This document shows positions 48,810 through 60,247 of a stretch of DNA of 64,000 nt, piece by piece (position 1 is the first letter of the stretch; each line of letters starts with the position of its first letter). This stretch comes from Minisyncoccota bacterium (GTDB taxonomy: Bacteria; Patescibacteriota; Minisyncoccia; Phycocordibacterales; UBA2100). The notes beneath the pieces were generated by a model, which saw nothing but the letters and a program-made list of their open reading frames with translations, had not been told where the DNA came from and did no database searches. A program made the translations under genes and the position numbers. The stretch spans positions 267,605 to 331,604 of the forward strand of contig DATJXE010000003.1 in NCBI GenBank assembly GCA_035500505.1. Reading direction: 5' to 3'.

Positions 48810-50372
48810 ATGGATATCCGCAGGCTCCTTTCCAATCGGTACGTGCTTGGTGCCGCCCTCGTCGTGATAGTCGGGGGTGCCGCGTGGTTCTATACCGCCC
48901 ACCGAAACTCATCGTTCGGAGCCACCGTCACGGTCCATACGGCCGATTTTACGCAGGGTATTGAGGTCTCGGGCACGGTGCAGGCCGCCCAGAACGTGGA
49001 TCTCGGTTTTGCCCAAAGCGGCAGGGTTTCCGCCGTGTACGCGCAGGTCGGCGACATGGTGCCCGAAGGAGCGGTGCTCGCAGAGGTAGACAACGGCGAT
49101 CTGCAGGCGACCGTCGCGCAGAAGGAGGCCGCGCTCGAAGCAGCGCAGGCGACGCTTGCATCTCTGCAGGCGGGCACGCGTCCCGAAACGATAGCGATAA
49201 CCGAGACCCAGATACAGAACGACCAGGTGGCACTCGCGCAGAACCGGCAATCGGTCATCAATGCCATCAAGAACGCCTACACCGAATCCGATGACGCGGT
49301 CCACAACAAGGCCGACCAATTGTTCTCAAATCCGTATGGCTCCACGCCCACACTGGACTTCACAACATCCGATTCGCAACTGCAGGCAAAACTCGTGAAC
49401 GATCGCGTAGCTATTGAGTCGGTCCTGTCGGGCTGGGAAACGGACGTCGCGCAACTCTCGACTTCCACCGCCGATCTTTCCGCCGCGCAGGATGAGGCGC
49501 AGGCGAACCTCGCGCTCGTGTCGAACCTTCTCTCCGACGCGAATGCGGTACTGAACCTCGCCATCCCCTCGCAGCAAGCGTCGCAGACGACCGTCAGTGA
49601 CTACGTTTCCAGCATCTCGACGGCGCGCACCAACGTGAACGCCGCGCAGTCGACACTAACGACCGCGGTAACGACCGAACAAGGCACCGAAGCCGCGCTT
49701 GCCGCCGACCAGAAGAACCTCGCGCTCCAGCAGGCCGGTTCCACGCAAGAGGATATCGACGCGCAGAAAGCCCAGGTAGCTGCGGCGCAGGCCGCCGTGA
49801 CGAGCGCGCAAGCGCAACTTCAACAGACCATCGTCACCGCGCCTTTCAGCGGTGTCGTGACCCGCATGGACGCAAAGGTGGGGCAGGTCGTCTCGCCCTC
49901 CACTCCCGAGATCTCCATGATATCGAGCGGACTCTTCCAGATCGTCACGTACGTGCCCGAGGTCGAGGTAGCGGGGCTTTCGGTCGGGAACGAGGCCACA
50001 ACGACGTTGGACGCGTATGGCGCTGATACCTACTTCGCGGCAAAGGTCATCTCGATCGATCCGGCGGAAACAGTGGTGAATGGCGTCTCGACCTACAAAA
50101 CAACGCTACAGTTCCTTGCTCCCGACCCGCGCATCAGAAGCGGCATGACCGCCGATGTGCACATAACGACAATGGACGTGTCCAACGCGATAGCCGTGCC
50201 GCAAGGGGCCATCTTCGAAAAGAACGGGCAGGAGATGGTGCAGGTCGCACAGGGCAGGACGGCCGTCGATGTGCCTGTCACGACCGGCGGGCAGTCTCTC
50301 GGCAACGTGCAGATAACTTCGGGCCTCACGAGCGGCGATGTCGTGATCCTTTCTCCCGACACATCGCTCTAG
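48810..50372 (+). CDS. HlyD/MacA-type periplasmic adaptor with a long coiled coil
   Basis: SGRVSAVY..GD.V..G, APFSGVV, RSGMTA motifs. Confidence 0.88.
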   Translation: MDIRRLLSNRYVLGAALVVIVGGAAWFYTAHRNSSFGATVTVHTADFTQGIEVSGTVQAAQNVDLGFAQSGRVSAVYAQVGDMVPEGAVLAEVDNGDLQATVAQKEAALEAAQATLASLQAGTRPETIAITETQIQNDQVALAQNRQSVINAIKNAYTESDDAVHNKADQLFSNPYGSTPTLDFTTSDSQLQAKLVNDRVAIESVLSGWETDVAQLSTSTADLSAAQDEAQANLALVSNLLSDANAVLNLAIPSQQASQTTVSDYVSSISTARTNVNAAQSTLTTAVTTEQGTEAALAADQKNLALQQAGSTQEDIDAQKAQVAAAQAAVTSAQAQLQQTIVTAPFSGVVTRMDAKVGQVVSPSTPEISMISSGLFQIVTYVPEVEVAGLSVGNEATTTLDAYGADTYFAAKVISIDPAETVVNGVSTYKTTLQFLAPDPRIRSGMTADVHITTMDVSNAIAVPQGAIFEKNGQEMVQVAQGRTAVDVPVTTGGQSLGNVQITSGLTSGDVVILSPDTSL

Positions 50373-50378
50373 CCCAGC

Positions 50379-51638
50379 ATGCCGTCTTTGCTTGATGTCC
50401 GCGTCGGTTGGTACCTCGCGCGAAGGCAGTTGAAGCGCGCGTCGCTGTGGACGACCGGCCTCATCGTGTTCGTCATGACACTCACGTTCCTCGACCTCGT
50501 CGTCGTGACGGGGCTTTTGGTCGGCATCGTCGCGGGCATTACGAATCTGTACCGCGTCCAGGTGACGGGCGACGTATTGGTCTCCACTCCCGACACCAAG
50601 AACTACATCGACCACAGCCAGGAGATCATTTCGTTCATCAAGACGCTACCGCAGGTGCAGGACTTGAGCGCTCGGTATGTCACCGGCGGCACCATTGAGG
50701 CGAACTACTTGACCGCGGTCGACCCGAATGAAAAGCCGGACGAAACCGGCGCCAGCATCGTCGGCGTGGATCCCGCCGCGGAGAACACGTTCTCGGGGCT
50801 TGCCTCCGACATCGGCGAAGGCAGCTACCTTGCGCCGGGAGACTACGACGAAGTTCTCATCGGCTCGGAACTCATCGACCGCTATTCGTTCGGCAAGCTT
50901 CCGGGATTGACGCCGCTCACCAACGTCTACCCCGGCACGAAAATACTCCTCACGGTGAATGGCCAGACGCGAGAGGTGACCGTCAAGGGTATTATCGTCA
51001 CGACCGCGAACTCGCCGCTTTCCGAAGAGGTGTTCATGCCCGCCGCAGAATTGAGCGAGCTCATGGGACGCACCGACTACAACGTCAATGAAGTAGCGAT
51101 ACGCCTCAAGCCCGGAGAAGACGCAGCGGCATTTCGGGATCTTCTTGTCCGGAGCGGCGTTTCGCAGTACGCGACGGTGCAAACGTTCGAAGAGGGTATC
51201 CCCAACGGAGTGGCGGAGATCACGAGCACGTTCGCCGAGATCGGCAACGCCATCTCGTCCGTCGGACTCGTCGTCGCATCTATCACGATTTTCATCGTCA
51301 TTTTCGTCAACGCGGTCACGCGTCGCAAATTCATCGGCATCTTGAAGGGCATCGGCATCAGCGCGCAGGCGATCGAGATCTCCTACATGTTCCAGTCGTT
51401 CTTCTACGCGGCGATCGGCTCGGGTATCGGCCTCCTGATCATTTACGGTTTTCTCGTCCCGTATTTTTCGGCGCACCCCATCGTGCTGCCGATCTCCAAC
51501 GCCATCATCGTCGCGCCGGTCGGTGAGACGTTCCTGCGCATCGCGCTCCTCGTCGTGGCGACCGTCATCGCAGGGTTCATCCCCGCACGTATGATCGTCC
51601 GCAAGAACACGCTCGATTCCATCTTGGGCAGAGAATGA
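50379..51638 (+). CDS. ABC transporter permease (MacB/LolE family)
   Basis: 1+3 TM topology, RRKFIGILKGIG, FIPAR. Confidence 0.88.
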   Translation: MPSLLDVRVGWYLARRQLKRASLWTTGLIVFVMTLTFLDLVVVTGLLVGIVAGITNLYRVQVTGDVLVSTPDTKNYIDHSQEIISFIKTLPQVQDLSARYVTGGTIEANYLTAVDPNEKPDETGASIVGVDPAAENTFSGLASDIGEGSYLAPGDYDEVLIGSELIDRYSFGKLPGLTPLTNVYPGTKILLTVNGQTREVTVKGIIVTTANSPLSEEVFMPAAELSELMGRTDYNVNEVAIRLKPGEDAAAFRDLLVRSGVSQYATVQTFEEGIPNGVAEITSTFAEIGNAISSVGLVVASITIFIVIFVNAVTRRKFIGILKGIGISAQAIEISYMFQSFFYAAIGSGIGLLIIYGFLVPYFSAHPIVLPISNAIIVAPVGETFLRIALLVVATVIAGFIPARMIVRKNTLDSILGRE

Positions 51639-52351
51639 GTATGACCATCATCGACGTACAAAACCTCGTGAAAACGTTCCGAAGCGGCGCGATAGAAACG
51701 CGCGTTCTGAAAGGCATCGACCTTGCCGTGCCGAAAGGGGAATGGCTCTCCATCATGGGCCGAAGTGGTGCGGGCAAGTCCACGCTCATGTATCAGATGA
51801 GCCTGCTCGACGACCCCACTTCGGGCAAGATCTTGATCGAGGGGCGGGAAGTGCACGGCATGTCGGAAAGGGAAAAAATGAATTTTCGCCTCTTTAAATT
51901 CGGGTACGTCTTTCAGGATTACGCGCTCCTTCCGGAATTGACGGCGCTTGAGAATGTCGTCGTACCGCTCCTTATGGAGAACCTGGCGCACGCGCAGGCG
52001 CAGGCGCGCGCGGGGGATGCGCTCACGAAGGTCGGCCTGGGCGAAAGGTTCCACAATCTGCCGAGCCAGCTTTCTGGCGGGGAACAGCAACGCGTTTCCA
52101 TCGCTCGCGCCATCGCGGAATCGCCGGACATCCTGTTTGCCGACGAACCGACAGCGAACCTCGACCGCGAGTCATCGTTGGTCGTTATGGATATTTTCCG
52201 CGATCTCCACAGAGAAGGGCAGACCATCATCATGGTCACGCACGAGGAAGAATACGGCGCGCTCGCCGATCGTCGCGTCCGGCTCGACGACGGCAGGATC
52301 ATTTCCGACGAGCGTCTGAAGAACGCGCACGGCAACGCCGCATCGATATGA
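51635..52351 (+). CDS. ABC transporter ATP-binding protein (LolD/MacB family)
   Basis: GRSGAGKST, LSGGEQQRV, ADEPTANLD. Confidence 0.93.
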   Translation: MSMTIIDVQNLVKTFRSGAIETRVLKGIDLAVPKGEWLSIMGRSGAGKSTLMYQMSLLDDPTSGKILIEGREVHGMSEREKMNFRLFKFGYVFQDYALLPELTALENVVVPLLMENLAHAQAQARAGDALTKVGLGERFHNLPSQLSGGEQQRVSIARAIAESPDILFADEPTANLDRESSLVVMDIFRDLHREGQTIIMVTHEEEYGALADRRVRLDDGRIISDERLKNAHGNAASI

Positions 52352-52971
52352 CACACGACATCATTCCACGTCGGCATCACTTTGTTTTTTTCTTCACACT
52401 CTTTTATATCGTCGCTTTTTCGTTAGGATTCCTAATCGGTGGCAACTACGAGTTCGTGATCTACACGGCCGTTATGCTCGGCGTTCTCCTCGTCGTGACC
52501 TTACTTGTGCGGGAATACGACATTCCAGACCCACTTTTGTGGACATTCTCGTTCGCAGGAATTCTACATATGCTCGGCGGCGGCGTACACGTGAACGGCG
52601 ACCGCCTCTATGGTTTCATTTTGTACCCAGTCTATATAAGTTCGACCGACCCTGGCTTCCAGATATTCCGCTACGACCAGCTTGTGCACCTGTTCGGCTA
52701 CGGCGTCATCGCGCTATGCATCCACTATGCGCTCCGCAGGTATACGCCGCAGAGCGACCCCGTTTTGCGCGCGTGCATTACCATCCTGGCGACGATGGGC
52801 ATCGGCTCATTCAACGAGGTCGCGGAATTCTTCGCAACCCTCACACTGCCTTCGACGGGCGTCGGCGATTATTCCAACACGCTCCTCGACCTCACCTCCA
52901 ACATGCTCGGCGCCATCGTCGCCGTAAGCGGATACGAGACGTGGATACGATTGAAAAAGGGGCGTCAATAA
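52348..52971 (+). CDS. DUF2238-like membrane protein
   Basis: LHMLGG, YDQLVH, NEVAEF, NTLLDL motifs. Confidence 0.72.
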   Translation: MTHDIIPRRHHFVFFFTLFYIVAFSLGFLIGGNYEFVIYTAVMLGVLLVVTLLVREYDIPDPLLWTFSFAGILHMLGGGVHVNGDRLYGFILYPVYISSTDPGFQIFRYDQLVHLFGYGVIALCIHYALRRYTPQSDPVLRACITILATMGIGSFNEVAEFFATLTLPSTGVGDYSNTLLDLTSNMLGAIVAVSGYETWIRLKKGRQ

Positions 52972-53003
52972 CGTACGATACGCAAGTTCGCCGCCCCGTT
53001 ACT

Positions 53004-53076
53004 GCCGAGATAGCTCAGTTGGTAGAGCACCGCTTTCGTAAAGCGGGGGTCCCGGGTTCAAATCCCGGTCTCGGCT
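53004..53076 (+). tRNA. tRNA-Thr(CGU)
   Basis: GCCGAGA/TCTCGGC acceptor, CCGCT-TTCGTAA-AGCGG. Confidence 0.94.
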
Positions 53077-53077
53077 C

Positions 53078-53974
53078 ATGGACAAAGCAGGCATTGAAAA
53101 AAAGATCAGCGAGATCGAAGCGGCGATGGGCGCGGCGGACTTTTGGAGTGACAAGGAAAAGGCGCAGGCAACGGTGAAGGAGTACCAGGACCTCAAGCAG
53201 CAGCTCGCGGGCGGCGGAGGGCACGACAAATCCGACGCGCTCGTGTCCATCATCTCCGGCGCCGGCGGCGACGACGCCGAAGATTTTTCGCGGATCTTGT
53301 TCCAGATGTATTCGAAATACGCGGCGAAGAGAGGATGGAATGTACTGCTCCTCTCGTCGAACCAAAATTCGATGGGCGGATACCGCAGTGTCTCGTTCGA
53401 GGTTTCCGGGAGCGGCGCGTACGGTGCGCTCAAGAAGGAAGCGGGTGTGCACCGTCTCGTGCGCATGTCGCCCTTCAACGCTGCAGGCAAACGACAGACC
53501 AGCTTCTCGCTCGTCGAAGTGTTGCCGAAATTGCCCGACCAAGGCGACCTCCACATTCCCGAAAGCGACATCGAGGTGACGGTCGCGCGCTCCGGAGGCC
53601 CCGGCGGGCAGAACGTGAACAAGCGCGACACGGCCGTGCGCATGACCCACAAGCCGACCGGCATCGCCGTGCACGTCACAAGCGAGCGCTCGCAGGCCCA
53701 GAACCGCGAAAAAGCGCTTGAGATGATACGCGGCAAGCTCTTCCAGATGCGCGAAGAGGCTGCGGAAAAAGAGTCGCGCGGACTCTCCGCCGGCGCGTCG
53801 ACCAAAATAGAGTGGGGAAGCCAGATACGCTCCTACGTGTTGCATCCGTACCAGCTCGTGAAGGACCATCGCACCGACCACGAGGAGCGGAACGTGGAAA
53901 AGGTGCTGGAAGGGGACATTCAGGGCTTCATCGACGCGGAAAAAGCTTTGGATGGTCCTGCGGGCGAGGTATAA
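53078..53974 (+). CDS. prfB: peptide chain release factor 2 (short form)
   Basis: SPF recognition motif, [12 protein letters not shown]. Confidence 0.92.
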   Translation: MDKAGIEKKISEIEAAMGAADFWSDKEKAQATVKEYQDLKQQLAGGGGHDKSDALVSIISGAGGDDAEDFSRILFQMYSKYAAKRGWNVLLLSSNQNSMGGYRSVSFEVSGSGAYGALKKEAGVHRLVRMSPFNAAGKRQTSFSLVEVLPKLPDQGDLHIPESDIEVTVARSGGPGGQNVNKRDTAVRMTHKPTGIAVHVTSERSQAQNREKALEMIRGKLFQMREEAAEKESRGLSAGASTKIEWGSQIRSYVLHPYQLVKDHRTDHEERNVEKVLEGDIQGFIDAEKALDGPAGEV

Positions 53975-53991
53975 TGAGCGACATTGGTTAC

Positions 53992-54675
53992 ATGATCTAC
54001 TACGACAAAGTAACGAAAGTCTATTTTGACGGTGCGCCGCCTGCGGTCGAGGATGTAACGCTCGGCATCGAACCGGGCGAATTCGTTTCCATCGTCGGGC
54101 ACTCCGGCGCCGGCAAGACGACGCTCCTCAAAATGTTGTTCGCCGAAGAGCGACCGACCGAAGGCTCCGTCTTTTTTGGTTCTCGTCCGGTCGCGGAACT
54201 CGCTCCGAAAGAACTTCTGGAACTGCGCCGCCATATCGGCACGGTATTCCAGGATTTTCGCTTGTTGCCGACGAAGAACGTCTATGAAAATATCGCATTC
54301 GCGCTCGAAGTAGCCGGCAAGGACGACGAGGATATTCGCGCCGACGTGCCGCACGTGCTGGACCTCGTCGGCCTCACCGACAAAATTTGGAACTTTCCCC
54401 ACGAGCTCTCCGGCGGGGAGCAGCAGCGGGTCGCCATCGCGCGTGCCATCGTGAATCAGCCGGAGGTCTTGCTCGCGGACGAGCCGACCGGCAACCTCGA
54501 TCCCATCAACGCGCACGACGTCGTCGAGATATTGAAAAAAATAAACGACCTGGGCACCACGGTGCTCCTCACGACGCACAACAAGACGGTCGTCGACTCC
54601 ATCGGCCGGCGCGTCGTCACGATGGACCAGGGCAGGATCGTGCGAGACGATAAGCACGGCAAGTACGTTCTATAA
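53992..54675 (+). CDS. ftsE: cell division ATP-binding protein FtsE (alternative start 53974)
   Basis: GHSGAGKTT, VFQDFRLL, upstream of ftsX. Confidence 0.92.
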   Translation: MIYYDKVTKVYFDGAPPAVEDVTLGIEPGEFVSIVGHSGAGKTTLLKMLFAEERPTEGSVFFGSRPVAELAPKELLELRRHIGTVFQDFRLLPTKNVYENIAFALEVAGKDDEDIRADVPHVLDLVGLTDKIWNFPHELSGGEQQRVAIARAIVNQPEVLLADEPTGNLDPINAHDVVEILKKINDLGTTVLLTTHNKTVVDSIGRRVVTMDQGRIVRDDKHGKYVL

Positions 54676-54682
54676 TTCTCGT

Positions 54683-55609
54683 ATGTCATTCTGGAACACA
54701 ACCAAGCGAGTCGCGCGGTACGGATTCATCGGATTTCTCCGCAACGGATTCGTCTCATTCTCGGCGATCCTCGTTATGACGATAACCCTGTTCGTCATCG
54801 CCGCGCTCCTGATCGGCAACGCCGCGCTTTCGGTCACGCTGAAAGATCTCACGAGCCAGGTCCAGGTCACCGTGTACTTCACGCCGGACGCGACGGAAGA
54901 TCAGGTGCAAAACGTGCAGCAGAGCGTGCAGGCGCTTCCGGAGGTCGCTTCAGTGACGTACGTTTCCGCCGACCAGGCGCTGGCCAATTTCCAAGCACGC
55001 CACCAGAACGACCAGCTCACGCTGCAGGCGCTGGACGAGCTCTCCGGCAACCCGCTGGGCGCGTCGCTCCAGGTCCGCGCCAAAGACCCGACCCAATATC
55101 CCGCGATCGCGCAGTATCTTGAGACTCAAGCCACCCAGGGCGCCGAGGCCGCGGTCATCGAGAAAGTCGATTACCAACAGAACCAGACCGCCATCACGAG
55201 ACTTACCGCGATCATCAACACGTCCAAGGAGGTCGGCATCGTCATCGCTGTCATCTTGGGACTCGCGTCGGTCCTGATATCGTTCAACACGATACGCCTC
55301 GCGATCTACACAGCTCGCGACGAGATAGCGGTCATGAATTTGGTGGGGGCTTCGCACTGGTACGTGCGCGGGCCTTTCATTATTGCGGGCATCCTCTACG
55401 GGCTCATCAGCGGCGCGGTCGTGCTGTTCCTCATGTATCCCATCACGGCGGCCCTTGGCCCCGGAAGCCAGGAATTTTTGGGCAGTTTCAACGTATTTTC
55501 GTACTTTATCGGCTCGTTCGTGTACCTGTTCCTCATCGTTATGTGCTCCGGCATCTGTTTGGGCGCGTTGTCCAGCTATCTAGCCATCCGAAGATACCTC
55601 CGGGCGTAA
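54683..55609 (+). CDS. ftsX: cell division permease FtsX
   Basis: NPL, NTIRLAIY..EIAVMNLVGA..VRGPF. Confidence 0.92.
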   Translation: MSFWNTTKRVARYGFIGFLRNGFVSFSAILVMTITLFVIAALLIGNAALSVTLKDLTSQVQVTVYFTPDATEDQVQNVQQSVQALPEVASVTYVSADQALANFQARHQNDQLTLQALDELSGNPLGASLQVRAKDPTQYPAIAQYLETQATQGAEAAVIEKVDYQQNQTAITRLTAIINTSKEVGIVIAVILGLASVLISFNTIRLAIYTARDEIAVMNLVGASHWYVRGPFIIAGILYGLISGAVVLFLMYPITAALGPGSQEFLGSFNVFSYFIGSFVYLFLIVMCSGICLGALSSYLAIRRYLRA

Positions 55610-55696
55610 CCCGTATCAGGTCGGCTTGTTCGCGAAGTTCTCCACGCCCGAGCAGTCTTCGGTTTTCGGAACTATTGTGGTACAGTGAATGCCCGT

Positions 55697-57352
55697 ATGG
55701 CGCGCGCGCTTGCGGGACACAAGTATATTTTCGTTGTAGGCGGCGTCATGTCCGGCGTCGGAAAGGGAATAGCCACCGCCTCCATCGGAAAAATACTTTC
55801 GGCGCGCGGCCTCTCCGTGAATTTGATGAAAATAGACCCGTATCTCAACGTGGATGCGGGAACGATGAATCCGACGGAGCACGGCGAGGTGTTCGTGCTC
55901 GACTCCGGGCTCGAAACCGACCAGGACATGGGCAACTACGAGCGATTCCTCAACCGCGATCTGGGACCGGAGGACTACATGACGAGCGGCATGGTCTACA
56001 AGGCGGTCATCGAGCGCGAGCGCAACCTGGGGTACGGAGGAAAATGCGTCGAAGCGGTGCCGCACGTGCGCGACGAGATAATCGAGCGCATCGAACGCTC
56101 GGCGAAGCTCGCGGGATCCGACGTGACGGTCATCGAAATAGGCGGCACCTTGGGTGATTTTTCCAACGCGCTTTTCATCGACGCGGCGCGCGTCATCCAT
56201 CTGAAGAGTCCGCGCGATACGCTCTTCGTCATGGTGTCGTATCTGCCGGTGCCGGGCACGCTCGGCGAGATGAAAACGAAGCCGACGCAGAACGCGATGC
56301 GCGAACTCAACTCCTACGGCGTGCAGGCCGACGTTCTCATCGCGCGTTCGACACATCCACTCGACAAAAAGCGCAAAGAGAAGTTGGCCATTTCATGCAA
56401 CGTGCGGCCCGAGTGCATCATCTCCGCGCCCGACGTGGACTCCATCTACGACGTGCCGCTGAATTTCGAGCGCGACAAGCTCTCCGACGTGCTGCTCGAG
56501 TCGCTCGGCATCGAGAACGGGCACGGGTCCGACTTCGGCGAGTGGAAAGATTTTGCGACGAAGACACACAACGGCCAAGACGTTGTGAAGATCGGCATCG
56601 TCGGCAAATATTTCGATACCGGCGACTTCGTGCTCTCCGACGCGTACCTCTCCGTCATCGAGGCCATCAAATTTTCCGCGTACACGCAGGGCAAAAAGCC
56701 CCACATCGATTGGCTCAACGCGAAGGAGTACGAACAGCATCCCGAAAAGGTATCCGAATTGGAGGGGTACGACGGCATTCTGGTGCCGGGCGGATTCGGC
56801 GAAACGGGCATCGAGGGAAAGATTTTCGCAATTAAATTCGCGCGTGAGCACAAGATCCCGTACTTCGGCCTGTGCTATGGCATGCAGCTCATGACGGTCG
56901 AATACGCGCGCAACGTCGCCGGGCTGGAGAGAGCGCACACGACCGAGATAGACCCGAACACACCGCATCCGGTCATCATGATATTGCCCGAGCAGATAGA
57001 AAAACTCGCCAAAAAGGACTACGGGGGCACGATGCGTCTCGGCGCATACCCCTGCGACCTCGTTCCTGGAACTATCGCTGCGGAAAGTTATGGGAAGAAA
57101 GATGTATCGGAGCGCCACCGCCACCGCTTTGAGGTAAATCCCGACTATATCGCGCAACTCGAGAAAGCCGGACTTGTTTTTTCCGGTCGCTCGCCCGACG
57201 GCAGGCTCATGGAGATAGCCGAGCTTCCAAAAGAGACGCATCCGTTCATGCTGGGCACGCAATTCCATCCGGAACTCAAGGCGCGCCCGCTCGCCCCGCA
57301 TCCGCTTTTCAATGCGTTCATCAAGGCGGCTATCGAACGGGGCAAGAAATGA
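55697..57352 (+). CDS. pyrG: CTP synthase
   Basis: GGVMSGVGKG, KIDPYLNVDAGTM, GLCYGMQ, QFHPE. Confidence 0.97.
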   Translation: MARALAGHKYIFVVGGVMSGVGKGIATASIGKILSARGLSVNLMKIDPYLNVDAGTMNPTEHGEVFVLDSGLETDQDMGNYERFLNRDLGPEDYMTSGMVYKAVIERERNLGYGGKCVEAVPHVRDEIIERIERSAKLAGSDVTVIEIGGTLGDFSNALFIDAARVIHLKSPRDTLFVMVSYLPVPGTLGEMKTKPTQNAMRELNSYGVQADVLIARSTHPLDKKRKEKLAISCNVRPECIISAPDVDSIYDVPLNFERDKLSDVLLESLGIENGHGSDFGEWKDFATKTHNGQDVVKIGIVGKYFDTGDFVLSDAYLSVIEAIKFSAYTQGKKPHIDWLNAKEYEQHPEKVSELEGYDGILVPGGFGETGIEGKIFAIKFAREHKIPYFGLCYGMQLMTVEYARNVAGLERAHTTEIDPNTPHPVIMILPEQIEKLAKKDYGGTMRLGAYPCDLVPGTIAAESYGKKDVSERHRHRFEVNPDYIAQLEKAGLVFSGRSPDGRLMEIAELPKETHPFMLGTQFHPELKARPLAPHPLFNAFIKAAIERGKK

Positions 57353-57443
57353 AAGGGGACAACCACTTGACCGCCCCAATGGAAAGTTGTACCGTGTTTG
57401 AAGCCTTATTCCAATTGGGGAACCGGGCTCAATGGAGGAGACC

Positions 57444-57644
57444 ATGCAGCTCATCGTCAGTGGTGGATGCACACCAAAACAGTACTCGGACTTTTTCCGC
57501 CGGGAGGAGAATCCTGTAACGGAAATCATCGTTATGCCGCCGGCGAACGAAGAGCACGCTGCGCGCATCCGTGAGGGCATCAGGATCGCACGGCACAGTG
57601 GACTGCGCATCGTCTTCCATCCGGGCGCCAATTGCTACAAGTAG
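57444..57644 (+). CDS. small hypothetical protein
   Basis: GGAGG SD; TTGACC-N17-TACCGT promoter; hairpin plus T run at ~57671-57697. Confidence 0.55.
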   Translation: MQLIVSGGCTPKQYSDFFRREENPVTEIIVMPPANEEHAARIREGIRIARHSGLRIVFHPGANCYK

Positions 57645-57728
57645 TGACCCATCACGATAGTTTGTGGGCGAAGGACCCGTCTTGGACGGGCCCTTTTGCT
57701 TTCTTCAGCATCGTCAGTATACTTAGAC

Positions 57729-58775
<1,047 letters not shown>

Positions 58776-58779
58776 TCTT

Positions 58780-59688
58780 ATGACTTTCGAGGACAGCATA
58801 CTGCGCAAGATAGATCGTGAAAGGCATCAACGGCAGCGCGAATCCGTACGTACGCCAACATTCGATAGAGCACACGCGCGAGCGCAAGCGGTGCTCAAGG
58901 ACCCCAAGTTTTCCATCCAGGCGCCAAGTTTCATCGATCTCTACGGCGAAGAAAATGTCATTAACGATATGAAGCGAGTAATGAAGAAGAGAAATAGCTT
59001 CGCGAAAGTAAATTCCCCAGAGCAGGAGGAGTCGAAGAGAGTCGCTGAAGTTTTCGAGGCGATAATTCTGGAGAAGTCTCAGGGAGATGGGTGGCTGGGT
59101 GACGGCGTCAGTGCGCTGAAAACCTCCTTGTACGACGATTATTTCAACGGCTCGGACATGCTCGCCGAGTGGGAGATATCCGAAGGTGATTCACAAGTAC
59201 TTGCCCTTTCGGTGGATGTTACATTCAGCACATTAAAGATGTCCGAAAAGATCGAACACATAAGAGAAAATGTTAAAAATGGGAAGCTTGGTTCCGTAAA
59301 GTACTTCAAAAACAAGGACGGATCGTTCAGGGGCGAGCGCAACGGCATACCGCAAGTCGTCGTTGGCGTAGACAGAAATACCGTTTTCAAACTGGCGGAT
59401 TTCTGGATAAAGGGGGACACGTCGGGTCTTGCGAGTCACCCCGTGCAACGCGTTCTGATAGATGAAATTGCTCACCAACTGGAGCTCATTAAGGATTTCG
59501 CTGGGAGTCGGGGCCAAAAGCAGGTCGCCGATGCGTACAGTCGCTCTCTTTCTCTCATCAGAAAGATACAAAAGCAAAAAGAGAACATCGCTCACGGTGA
59601 ATTTGGGAACGACCGCGTTTATAAAGCCATACTCGAACAGTCCAAGAAAGCTTTCGCTTCGACTGATGGGGAGAAATCCACAGGGTGA
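58780..59688 (+). CDS. hypothetical protein
   Basis: 302-aa ORF, lower GC; TSLYDDYFNGSD..VDVT could be a PD-(D/E)xK-like core (weak). Confidence 0.7.
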   Translation: MTFEDSILRKIDRERHQRQRESVRTPTFDRAHARAQAVLKDPKFSIQAPSFIDLYGEENVINDMKRVMKKRNSFAKVNSPEQEESKRVAEVFEAIILEKSQGDGWLGDGVSALKTSLYDDYFNGSDMLAEWEISEGDSQVLALSVDVTFSTLKMSEKIEHIRENVKNGKLGSVKYFKNKDGSFRGERNGIPQVVVGVDRNTVFKLADFWIKGDTSGLASHPVQRVLIDEIAHQLELIKDFAGSRGQKQVADAYSRSLSLIRKIQKQKENIAHGEFGNDRVYKAILEQSKKAFASTDGEKSTG

Positions 59689-59731
59689 AACTCATCGAAG
59701 CTTAATTATAACGTTGTATCCTTTCCCGAAT

Positions 59732-60223
59732 ATGCCGAACAAAAACGCACTTATCGTCATTATCGTGGTCGTCGTAGTTGTCGTCGCGGCGACGTTCGTC
59801 GGCGCGCTTTTGGGGGGCGGCATTGGAGGCACGCAGGCGCCCACGGCGGACACGGCGAGTTCGACCGTCGCATCCTTTGGGAAAACACTGCAGCAAGTCT
59901 CCATCCTTGCGCCGGATGCTTCGACGACTATCGCGAGCACCTACGCGCCCTATGTCGATCCGGCTCTCCTTGCGCAGTGGGAAGCGGACCCGCAATCCGC
60001 GCCGGGCAGAGTGGTTTCAAGCCCGTGGCCCGACCGCATTCAAATAGATTCGATAGTTCCTCAAGGCAGCGGCTTTGTCGTGAGGGGCGAGCTTGTCTTT
60101 ATGACCAGCAATGAAGTCGAGCATGGCGGCAATGCGGGCACGACGCCCGTCGTCATCCAACTTGCCAATGAGGAGGGGAAGTTGATGATAGTCGCCTTTG
60201 AGGGACAGAATAGTGGACAATAA
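59732..60223 (+). CDS. membrane-anchored hypothetical protein
   Basis: N-terminal TM from MPNKNAL; APGRVVSSPWPDRI motif. Confidence 0.7.
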   Translation: MPNKNALIVIIVVVVVVVAATFVGALLGGGIGGTQAPTADTASSTVASFGKTLQQVSILAPDASTTIASTYAPYVDPALLAQWEADPQSAPGRVVSSPWPDRIQIDSIVPQGSGFVVRGELVFMTSNEVEHGGNAGTTPVVIQLANEEGKLMIVAFEGQNSGQ

Positions 60224-60247
60224 TTCGTTCCGAGTGATACTTGTGCT

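Noticed and set aside
53040-53100. Programmed +1 frameshift in prfB
   Set aside because: No CTTTGAC site; the upstream sequence is a tRNA.
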